Source: Actinomycetota bacterium
GTDB lineage: Bacteria; Actinomycetota; Actinomycetes; Nanopelagicales; Nanopelagicaceae
Direction of reading: 5' to 3'
Length of the DNA stretch: 64,000 nucleotides
Assembly: GCA_009726135.1 (NCBI GenBank)
Contig: WLIQ01000002.1
Coordinates: forward strand, 2,239 to 66,238
The position numbers were made by a program, and so were the translations under genes. Position 1 is the first letter of the stretch; every line of letters begins with the position of its first letter. Positions 1 to 7,369 of the stretch are shown in pieces. A model generated the notes under the pieces. It did no database searches. It saw only the letters and a list, made by a program, of their open reading frames with translations, and was not told the origin of the DNA.

Positions 1-507
1 GAACACACTTCCGAGCAGATGTGGGCAAAGTTGTCACTGCTCAATTCAGGGAGGATAAGTCGGAACGGATTCGAGCTGAGCCTACATATGCGACTTTTCC
101 TACTCGGATTGGGACGAGTATCCAATAAGGGCCATGCCCCCTTCAATAAGGGGGAAATCCAAGAATTGCTGCAGCGACCAGACGGGAGTGTATTTGTCGC
201 GAAGCACATTCGGAATCAAATCTTGCTTCTAGTGAGAGTTGGGTTACTTGCCGCTCCCTCAAACATCCGCTGTTTGCTCTATCCGAAGGAACTAATAGTT
301 CTAACAACTGAGAAAAAGAATGTTGAACTGTGCCCAGAACATGGAACTCATAATTCCTGGAGTTCGCTTAACAATGATTGGGCACCTGACTACCTACCAG
401 AGGTACCAAAGTTGGAACCTGTAGTTCCCCAAGTAACAGTTGAGGATGATATCTCTGATTGGTTTTCAGACTTTTCATCAGTTGGTGATGGAACTTATGG
501 TTCCTAG
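1..507 (+). CDS. Hypothetical wHTH-like protein with C-terminal Cys/His cluster, possible replication or regulatory protein (frame open to window edge; first ATG at 19)
   Basis: GHAPFNKGEIQELL...IRNQILLLVRVGLL..SNIRCL..CPEH pattern and acidic tail; lies directly upstream of the origin-like repeats. Confidence 0.5.
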   Translation, partial: EHTSEQMWAKLSLLNSGRISRNGFELSLHMRLFLLGLGRVSNKGHAPFNKGEIQELLQRPDGSVFVAKHIRNQILLLVRVGLLAAPSNIRCLLYPKELIVLTTEKKNVELCPEHGTHNSWSSLNNDWAPDYLPEVPKLEPVVPQVTVEDDISDWFSDFSSVGDGTYGS

Positions 508-539
508 TAAGAGCCGTGTTTACACAGAAAATTGTGTTT

Positions 540-652
540 TTGTATCTCTATACATAAATAATATCTCTATATATAAATTATTAATAGAAAGTACTTCGTA
601 CTTTCTTAATGGTATTTATGAGATAAAAACAAATAATTATCTAGAGATACAA
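540..652. repeat. AT-rich concentric inverted/direct repeat array, candidate replication origin
   Basis: TATCTCTATAYATAAAT at 543-559 and 562-578; AGAAAGTAC-TTC-GTACTTTCT at 586-606; TTGTATCTCTA (540-550) / TAGAGATACAA (642-652); inverted pairs share the centre 596. Confidence 0.65.
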
Positions 653-786
653 CCGCCGAATTTAACGGTTGACTTAACGCCAAAGTACGAGAATAAGGTG
701 CCATTATTTAGAGACCTACCCTTACGGGTGGAGAGCCCCCTGATTGTGTCCCATTCTCTTACTATGGATAGTGATTGGGCTATCTG

Positions 787-1014
787 ATGGGATACCACCT
801 AACTCATAAAAACCCCATTACTAGAGAAAATTTGGCACAGGGAGTTCAGATATGTCCCACCTGCTACAAAAACTTTGCATCCGATGATGCTTGGGAGAAA
901 CATTGGGAGAGAAAAAATCCCCGAGGTCAGCAATGTCTAAGCCCTGAAGAGGTGGGATTAATTCCTTTTACGAACACTCACGGTTCCACTGTATATCGGA
1001 CTAAAACAAGGTGA
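787..1014 (+). CDS. Small phage-type zinc-binding protein (FDXHR-like pattern)
   Basis: CPTCYKNFASDDAWEKHW...CLSPEEVGL = CxxC-x3-F-x8-H...C pattern. Confidence 0.6.
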   Translation: MGYHLTHKNPITRENLAQGVQICPTCYKNFASDDAWEKHWERKNPRGQQCLSPEEVGLIPFTNTHGSTVYRTKTR

Positions 1015-1140
1015 GGACTTCGCTGATGCCCAGTCAACGGACTGGCCCTTCCAAAGTCACTCACCCTGTCTAGTAAGTGTTAGGCAACTAGAGCAATAAG
1101 CGAATAGGGCAGGCCCTATGCCCTACAAACGGAACCTTTT

Positions 1141-1278
1141 CTAGAGTGCCGACATTAATATGTTGCCAATAAAAGAAAGTACTTTCCCAACAAAAATTAT
1201 AAACACCATTACAAATATCCACTTGGTGTAATTTTCAATTAACTCAAGATTCTTTTCAATACTATTGTTATTGTCCAT
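1141..1278 (-). CDS. 45-aa single-TM membrane protein (not in ORF track)
   Basis: Reads MDNNNSIEKNLELIENYTKWIFVMVFIIFVGKVLSFIGNILMSAL*; TAAAGT -10 box 6 nt before the ATG. Confidence 0.6.
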   Translation of the reverse strand: MDNNNSIEKNLELIENYTKWIFVMVFIIFVGKVLSFIGNILMSAL

Positions 1279-1370
1279 AACCAGACTTTAGGCACTTTTA
1301 GCTGGCATTGCTACCCCTGCTCTATTGGCCAACATCTCCGAGTTAAAGAAGAAAGGGAATGCGTCCGTAT

Positions 1371-1619
1371 CTATTTCTCGCAGGCGATTCCGTCTTTGTC
1401 TCTATCTGACTTCTTGTTGGCGTTGTACAGAGCCTTGTCGTACTTCGGTTCCTTCTTCGTAGCACCGCCAGAGTTCACCGCCCCAGGGAGGGCAACTCCC
1501 CCAGGGTAAACTCTGTTAAGTTCTGTGCAATTCTTGAAAACTTTGGCTGCTGCATGACTAGTTGGCATCAAGCCAATAGTCACGCCCAGGAAAATGAATG
1601 CAGTGAATATTCTCTTCAT
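1371..1619 (-). CDS. Secreted Excalibur calcium-binding domain protein
   Basis: Signal peptide; FKNCTELN...DRDKDGIACE motif. Confidence 0.85.
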   Translation of the reverse strand: MKRIFTAFIFLGVTIGLMPTSHAAAKVFKNCTELNRVYPGGVALPGAVNSGGATKKEPKYDKALYNANKKSDRDKDGIACEK

Positions 1620-1675
1620 TTCATTACCTTACTCAACTCTTCCACCTTTGCCAATAATTGGGCTCCCCAAGCTCC

Positions 1676-2026
1676 TTACGCCTTTTTCTTTTTTAAACGT
1701 TCAGAAATTGTTCCATCCCAATCATCTTGCTCGGAAACAATCATATCTTCCCCTACCCGCCACTCTACTTTGAACCTGTCTCCTCCATTTCTTCCGCCTT
1801 TAATGCAAACCCATCCTTCTTTCTCGCGCATTGGAAGATATACACCTTCCCAAAGTGAAACCCTGTCCATAAATTCAAGCCGATTAGGTGCGACATTAGA
1901 AAATTCTTTTGCATATTGCTTTGCGGCTTCCTTATCTTCGATGAATTCGTGGAGGCTAAGAATCCTTTTGCCTGCGCCCTGCTTTATGATTTGCATTCTG
2001 GGTTCTTTAGAACCAAAAATCCCCAC
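1676..2026 (-). CDS. Hypothetical protein
   Basis: 116-aa ORF with AGGA upstream of the GTG; closely follows 2043-2273. Confidence 0.6.
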   Translation of the reverse strand: MGIFGSKEPRMQIIKQGAGKRILSLHEFIEDKEAAKQYAKEFSNVAPNRLEFMDRVSLWEGVYLPMREKEGWVCIKGGRNGGDRFKVEWRVGEDMIVSEQDDWDGTISERLKKKKA

Positions 2027-2042
2027 TTCCTATCAGCTCCTT

Positions 2043-2273
2043 CTAAAGAAATCTCTTTGTAAACCGGACAGATGCCCAAGAAAGTGCGCACAAAGTTAAG
2101 CCACTAAATATGGAATAAATAACAAATCGATTCACTATCCAAGCGGTGTCTCGCCATAGTTCAAACGAGTAAACATTTCTAAAAAACCAACTAGGTTGGA
2201 AAAGGAATCCGATTACAAATATGATTCCGTAGAAAGTTCTGTGTTGCCAGGTGCCTAGATTTATCTTCCTCAT
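2043..2273 (-). CDS. Small 2-TM membrane protein
   Basis: Two hydrophobic stretches; TACCTT -10 box 6 nt before the ATG. Confidence 0.6.
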   Translation of the reverse strand: MRKINLGTWQHRTFYGIIFVIGFLFQPSWFFRNVYSFELWRDTAWIVNRFVIYSIFSGLTLCALSWASVRFTKRFL

Positions 2274-2445
2274 CTGACAAAGGTACTCCTACAGGGTTAG
2301 CCTCTCAGTCACTCATATAACAGAAAATTTTGTGTCGACTATATAGAGGTGTATTCAGAGGTTATTTAATAACCCGGGGTCAAAATGTTCTCTCCGTATA
2401 TAGCCCTCCTCTTGTATCCAAACAAGGGGCAAGTACACTCAAAGT

Positions 2446-2733
2446 ATGGAACTCATAATATTTTGGCTGATTCTCTCAATTCTTGCAGGTGTCTATGCTG
2501 GCTCAAAAGGGCGTTCTAAATTTGGTTGGTTTTGTATCAGCTTCTTCTTGAGTCCCTTGATTGGGTTTATAGCCCTTGCTGTGCTTGCTCCACATTCAAC
2601 ACAAACTATTGCACTTGCACCCAACCCAACTAGAGACAAATTACTTGAGATTAAGCAGCTCCTAGACGAGGGCTTAATAAGTCAAAATGAATACGTGTCT
2701 AGAAGGAAAGTAATTCTCGAGAGCGCTGACTGA
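2446..2733 (+). CDS. Membrane protein with C-terminal SHOCT domain
   Basis: Two TM segments (A..KGRS..GW motif) plus KLLEIKQLLDEGLISQNEY..RRKVIL; TACACT -10 box. Confidence 0.8.
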   Translation: MELIIFWLILSILAGVYAGSKGRSKFGWFCISFFLSPLIGFIALAVLAPHSTQTIALAPNPTRDKLLEIKQLLDEGLISQNEYVSRRKVILESAD

Positions 2734-2819
2734 TTGTCAGTCAGTAGGTGTAACTGACACATACTTGAAAGACAGTAGTTCCTCTTTTATTGGTAGGCAC
2801 ACAAGTGTTATAATTAAGA

Positions 2820-3263
2820 ATGACAGAAAGTGCGACGCCAAATTTCTGCAGTTCGTGTGGTACGGCAATAAAGGCTAATTCGGCTTTTTGCGAAGGTTGC
2901 GGTATTTCCCTCACCTCTAGTAATTCACCAGTCAAGACTTTTTCCGATGAATCAATCAGAAATAGTTTGAAAAGTTATGAGCGCAAATACAACGTCAGTT
3001 GCCTTGAGTGTGGATATAGCGGTTTCGCAGGAATTACAAGATGGAAAAAGAAGAAATTAAGAAACATTACGCTTATTGTTTTTGGTGCATTCCTCATTCT
3101 GTGCGCTTATTTATTCAAGAGTTCTGTATTTGCTTATGTTGGTGGAGGAGTTTTAGCCTGGGGTGGATTTGAGCTCTCGTCTTTTGGAAAGATAGTTATT
3201 TGGGTGATGTGCCCAAATTGTTCTCAAGAACTGGGTCCCATAACAAGTGACATTGGGATTTGA
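2820..3263 (+). CDS. Zinc-ribbon membrane protein
   Basis: FCSSCG..FCEGCG ribbon; CLECG and CPNC flank two TM segments; TATAAT 5 nt before the ATG. Confidence 0.8.
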   Translation: MTESATPNFCSSCGTAIKANSAFCEGCGISLTSSNSPVKTFSDESIRNSLKSYERKYNVSCLECGYSGFAGITRWKKKKLRNITLIVFGAFLILCAYLFKSSVFAYVGGGVLAWGGFELSSFGKIVIWVMCPNCSQELGPITSDIGI

Positions 3264-3345
3264 ATAAAACTCCCTGAAGAGTCCTCGACATGATTCACAC
3301 AATTGAGTGATAGGCTTGTCACAGATAGTTAGTCAGTGGCTCAAA

Positions 3346-3723
3346 TCAACCTAAACAGGCTCTTTTCATATCCGTAATGGCAAGCAATATTAGTGGTTTT
3401 AGATTGGCATCAATATTTGAGAGATTGCGGCCATTGAACGCCGTCAAAGTATAGGCAGCTTTACTTGCATAATCATATGTTGAGTCTTTTGCTGCTAGCT
3501 GGGCAAAAATGCGCGCAGCTGCTTCGGTAATAATTATGCTGCCCTCAGACTGAAAATTATTGTCATTAACTATCCCAGAAGTCCAAGCACTGCAAGCGGC
3601 AGACTTAAGTGTCTGAACTTCATTAATTCTCGCTTGGGCTTCGGCTTGGGCTTGGCTCTCCTTATCAACTCCACACCCCGTGAGGACTAGGCAAACTGCT
3701 AACAAATAAAATGAACGCTTCAT
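3346..3723 (-). CDS. Putative lipoprotein
   Basis: Lipobox LTGC after a short signal peptide. Confidence 0.75.
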   Translation of the reverse strand: MKRSFYLLAVCLVLTGCGVDKESQAQAEAQARINEVQTLKSAACSAWTSGIVNDNNFQSEGSIIITEAAARIFAQLAAKDSTYDYASKAAYTLTAFNGRNLSNIDANLKPLILLAITDMKRACLG

Positions 3724-3828
3724 TTAAAATAGTCTATTCGACACTTCTTTTATTAGCCAGATTGGCTAAGTAATGGCTAATGAGTAACCCTAAGGAGCTT
3801 ATAGTTCACATAGCTCGTGTTGTTTCTT

Positions 3829-4389
3829 TTAAAGACCGAGTATCTCTCTTTTTTTCTTATCAAACTCATCACGAGTTATTAGGTCCTTTTCTAGCAGCTG
3901 TGCAAGTTTTTCTACTTGTGCAACGGGGTCAATAATCGTCTGATTGGCCGTTCCTTTGGAAATTAGCTCCCTGACAGTTGAAGCAATTTTTGTTGCTTCA
4001 ACGCCAACTTTAAAAGTCATAGTGTTCCCACTCGCATACACAGTCACAGTAGGAAGAATCCCCTTGGATATTTCCACAGAAGTAATATTTTTGACTGGAA
4101 TCTCTTCATTAACATTCCCTGTCCAGCGCTTTTGAAACTTAGCTACTCGGTCATTAAAAATCGCCCCGAAAGGCATATTGAGAGTACCTTTCTCATCATC
4201 GTTAGGTAAACATTTAAAAACATAAATGGCTTCCGTCACATTAAACCCAGAAAGAGTCGCTTTCTCTCTAGCTTTTCCTTCTGATTTGTCTTGTACTTCT
4301 GAGAGCCTTTCTTCCTTCTTTCTCTGCTTCTCACCAACTGCTTGCAACACTTCTGCCTTTTCTTCCGGCGTCTTTTTAAATATTCCCAT
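3829..4389 (-). CDS. Bacterial PH-like domain + SHOCT protein
   Basis: EIPVKNITSVEISKG (bPH-like) and VEKLAQLLEKDLITRDEFDKKKREILG (SHOCT). Confidence 0.8.
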   Translation of the reverse strand: MGIFKKTPEEKAEVLQAVGEKQRKKEERLSEVQDKSEGKAREKATLSGFNVTEAIYVFKCLPNDDEKGTLNMPFGAIFNDRVAKFQKRWTGNVNEEIPVKNITSVEISKGILPTVTVYASGNTMTFKVGVEATKIASTVRELISKGTANQTIIDPVAQVEKLAQLLEKDLITRDEFDKKKREILGL

Positions 4390-4458
4390 AACGAAATTAT
4401 GCCGTGCTTTAGTATTGAAATACAGCCTTTGATTAGTTAATATTCCCTACAAAGGACT

Positions 4459-4594
4459 GTTGGTAGAGCACGGTGACTTACTGAGCGAGTTAAAGCGAGT
4501 TCAGTAAGGGCTGTTAGGTAGGTTTGAGCGTGAGCGAAAAATACCTAACACACTCTTAATCACCGGGTCGGGGGTTCGAGTCCCTCACCACCCA
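4459..4594 (+). pseudogene. Split tRNA-Lys(CTT) remnant / attachment site
   Basis: GTTGGTAGAGCACGGTGACT (4459-4478) and ACTCTTAATCACCGGGTCGGGGGTTCGAGTCCCTCACCACCCA (4552-4594); the 5' acceptor strand is absent. Confidence 0.85.
4477..4550. repeat. Two adjacent hairpins with AGCG-repeat loops
   Basis: CTTACTGAGC/GTTCAGTAAG (4477-4508) and TGTTAGGTA/TACCTAACA (4512-4550). Confidence 0.8.
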
Positions 4595-4601
4595 CTGCAA
4601 G

Positions 4602-4623
4602 TCGGGAGAATCCCGAATACTTT
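4602..4623 (+). terminator. Short hairpin after the tRNA remnant, possible terminator
   Basis: TCGGGA-GAA-TCCCGA followed by ATACTTT. Confidence 0.35.
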
Positions 4624-4660
4624 AGAAATGCTCAACGCACTTCCTGTTACTGGTATTTTC

Positions 4661-5629
4661 TTAATCCAGCACGTAACCGTATTCAATCGAATCAGCCTTT
4701 AAGCGCTTCAACATGCCTTCGATAGCTTCAACAAACTCTGGTGAGTTAATCTGAGTTTTCCATCGACCAGTAGATGCAAGATCACCGTTCATTTTCTCTT
4801 GGTGAAATGCGCGCATTAAAGGCTCATCTTCTATTTCAAGGAAATCCAAGATCCTCTTATAGCTCTGTTCTGGTGTGTTACTTACTAAATCTTCTAAATC
4901 AATAGTTAAGAGTTGACCTTTGGGAATATAACTCTGCCCTAGGTGTCCTGCTCTTAATCTATTCTCAATCCATTCAACCCCTTCAACGGGTGTTGAGGGT
5001 CCCCAATCTTTTGTCAAAAGAGATGCAATGACATCTCTGGGATCGCGCCTCATAACAATAAAACGTGCGTGGGGATTTAGGGCTAGTAGATGGCGAGCAT
5101 AAGAAATATTCATTGGTGTGGTCTCTGTCCAATATTTCTCATTGGTAGTTGAATCAAATTGGGAAGATATAAATTCATCCATGAATCGAGAACCAGCACG
5201 TGTTGGATTTCTGGTCAACAACTTTTCGAATCGAGTAAGGATTTTTTCCAAAACATCTTTGCTTATCCCGGCATGCAAGCCTGGGCCATGAGGTGGTTTT
5301 CCGTCGATCTCCCACCACTTCTGCCAGATTTTTTCTTTGAACTCTTGTAAGCGCTCTTCTCGAAGTTGGGTGGTGCGCTTCTTTCTATTTCTATATGTTC
5401 GATAATGCAGGATCGAGATTCCCTCAAGATCTGAGAGCCTTGAGCTTGGGGACCCATAGATTACATCTAGCAATCCACCTCTATTTGCAAGAAATTTAAT
5501 CTCTGTGGGATTACTCGTTCTAATCTGAGAATGCTCATTCAAGAGATCGCCGAGAATGGTTGTTCCACTACGGCCCGTTCCCCCGATGAACAGGGGTGTT
5601 GGCTTGTGAGTTCTCGGTGAATGCGCCAC
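4661..5629 (-). CDS. Sulfotransferase (Sulfotransfer_3 / TPST-like family)
   Basis: 5'-PSB motif FIGGTGRSGTT; 3'-PB motif RRDPRDVIAS. Confidence 0.9.
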   Translation of the reverse strand: MAHSPRTHKPTPLFIGGTGRSGTTILGDLLNEHSQIRTSNPTEIKFLANRGGLLDVIYGSPSSRLSDLEGISILHYRTYRNRKKRTTQLREERLQEFKEKIWQKWWEIDGKPPHGPGLHAGISKDVLEKILTRFEKLLTRNPTRAGSRFMDEFISSQFDSTTNEKYWTETTPMNISYARHLLALNPHARFIVMRRDPRDVIASLLTKDWGPSTPVEGVEWIENRLRAGHLGQSYIPKGQLLTIDLEDLVSNTPEQSYKRILDFLEIEDEPLMRAFHQEKMNGDLASTGRWKTQINSPEFVEAIEGMLKRLKADSIEYGYVLD

Positions 5630-5679
5630 ACGCGCAGGTTATCGTCACTTAGCAATAAAACTATGCATACTCTAATCAA

Positions 5680-6612
5680 ATGAGTCAACATTTCATCCCA
5701 GTCTTTTCAGGTGGCACTGGGCGAAGTGGAACAACGGTTATTGCCAACTGTCTTCATCGCCATCCAGAATTTCATACAAGCATGCCCCGCGAAATTCGAT
5801 ACCTAACCGACCGGGCTGGTTTGCTAGACCTGAACTTTGGAAGACCTTTAGCTTTTGAAGCAAGTGCACGCGAGTACCTAAATAGAATATTTCTCAAAAC
5901 TTATTTTCTCCTTGGCAAGAACGAGAAGAGGGTCTTTAAAGAACGTATGCACAAACACTGGTGGAGTCAGGTGGGAAAGAGTGGAAATCCACGAGGGCTA
6001 GTGCAGGCAATTACTCCTGATGAACTAGATCAAGCCCTCAATAAATTTGAGACCAACGCTTCTGAAGATTTTCTGATCGCCTCTCAAAATCTTTATTTCG
6101 ATCTGAGTCTGGCGCAACTAAAAGGTAAATCAGTCAGATTTTTTGCAGACTCGACTCCCCTCAATATTCAAAGCGCAGACCGCATATCAATGCTTTTACC
6201 TGATTCACTCTTTATTAATATGGTTCGTGATGGCCGCGATGTCGCGCTTTCTGTAAGTAAAGAAAAATGGGGGCCAAAAACTCCAGAATCGGGCTTGGAG
6301 TGGTGGAAGGCGAGAATTGAAAAATCATTCTTAGCCTTGGCAAAAATACCGCAGGGTAATCACATCACGGTACGTTTAGAAGATTTCATAGTGCGCGAGC
6401 GTGAAGAAACACTTCATCAGATTCTCACATTCTTGGATTTGCCCGAACATCCCAATTTACGAAGGTATTTCGACGAGTTTCTGTCTCAAAATAAGATGTC
6501 GCAAGGAAAATGGAAGTCAGCAGTTAAGAATCCACATGCATTCCAAAATAGATATGAGCAAATATTGGCTGAACTGAGTGCCAAAGGTATAAAGATCGCT
6601 CAATACTATTGA
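5680..6612 (+). CDS. Sulfotransferase, paralog of 4661-5629
   Basis: FSGGTGRSGTT; MVRDGRDVALS. Confidence 0.9.
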   Translation: MSQHFIPVFSGGTGRSGTTVIANCLHRHPEFHTSMPREIRYLTDRAGLLDLNFGRPLAFEASAREYLNRIFLKTYFLLGKNEKRVFKERMHKHWWSQVGKSGNPRGLVQAITPDELDQALNKFETNASEDFLIASQNLYFDLSLAQLKGKSVRFFADSTPLNIQSADRISMLLPDSLFINMVRDGRDVALSVSKEKWGPKTPESGLEWWKARIEKSFLALAKIPQGNHITVRLEDFIVREREETLHQILTFLDLPEHPNLRRYFDEFLSQNKMSQGKWKSAVKNPHAFQNRYEQILAELSAKGIKIAQYY

Positions 6613-6616
6613 AAAG

Positions 6617-7369
6617 TTAGCTGATCAAGATTCGGTAACCATTAATTGCAATAATCGCTATCGCAACTAAAAGTCCCAGCTTTTTGCGTGGCAACCTCTT
6701 AACAACTCGCGCTGCAATTGGCGCCATTAGCGTTCCACCTAGTGCCAGGCCCCCTACTACGCTCCAATCAATCTCTACGCGATTAATATTTAAAAGAAAT
6801 CCCACACTTGCTGCTACAGCCACAATAAACTCAGATGCGCTTACAGTTCCAATAACTTTTCTTGGCTCTGTGCTAGTAGTTGAAAGCAAAGTTGGAGTAA
6901 CTACTGGACCCCAGCCTCCACCACCAGCAGCATCAATAAAACCACCGGTGAAGCCAAGATATGTCAAGAAGCGTGGATTTTTAATCTCAACAAGGTTTGC
7001 TTGTTGATTTGTGAATAGGTTTCTATAAAGAAGCAGAAAGCCTAAAAATAGGAGCAGGGTTGAAATAAATATTTTGCCATTTGCCAAGTCAATAAAAGAG
7101 AGAAAAGTTGCACCTAAAAATGCACCAATGCCACCGGGAATGGCTAACCGAAGCAATATATTTTTATCTATATTTTCTGCATGCCAATGTGATGCACCTG
7201 AAGCCAAGGTTGTACAAATTTCAGCGATATGCACGGCGGTCGAAGATAGAGCCGCTGATGCACCAAGAGTAAGTAAGAGTGTCGAACTGAGTAGTCCAAA
7301 GCCCATTCCCAAAGTGCCATCGACTAATTGAGCAACCGATCCTGCTAGTGCAAATAGAATCCAGTTCAT
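6617..7369 (-). CDS. TauE/SafE (TSUP) family sulfur-compound transporter
   Basis: AQLVDGTLGMGFG and GGGGWGPV motifs, multi-TM. Confidence 0.9.
   Translation of the reverse strand: MNWILFALAGSVAQLVDGTLGMGFGLLSSTLLLTLGASAALSSTAVHIAEICTTLASGASHWHAENIDKNILLRLAIPGGIGAFLGATFLSFIDLANGKIFISTLLLFLGFLLLYRNLFTNQQANLVEIKNPRFLTYLGFTGGFIDAAGGGGWGPVVTPTLLSTTSTEPRKVIGTVSASEFIVAVAASVGFLLNINRVEIDWSVVGGLALGGTLMAPIAARVVKRLPRKKLGLLVAIAIIAINGYRILIS

Larger units (their letters stand above)
1..4594. mobile_element. Right part of an integrated phage-satellite-like / integrative element ending at a tRNA-Lys att remnant
   Basis: AT-rich stretch of short hypothetical ORFs in mixed orientation, phage-type Zn-finger gene, origin-like palindrome, and a terminal tRNA 3' half at 4552-4594; no integrase inside the window. 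Confidence 0.7.

Noticed and set aside
440-787. 115-aa ORF
   Set aside because: TTG start, overlaps neighbours and runs through the AT-rich repeat array; probably non-coding
1554-2099. 181-aa plus-strand ORF and the many other antisense/overlapping ORFs in the track
   Set aside because: Shadows of better-supported genes, with no recognisable motifs
1015-4450. Integron attC sites or CRISPR array between cargo genes
   Set aside because: No consistent RYYYAAC/GTTRRRY boxes, genes are in mixed orientation, and there is no regular repeat-spacer pattern; no cas genes in the window
4459-4594. Functional intron-containing tRNA-Lys or group I intron
   Set aside because: The 5' acceptor strand is missing, and the 73-bp insert is far too short and lacks a group I core
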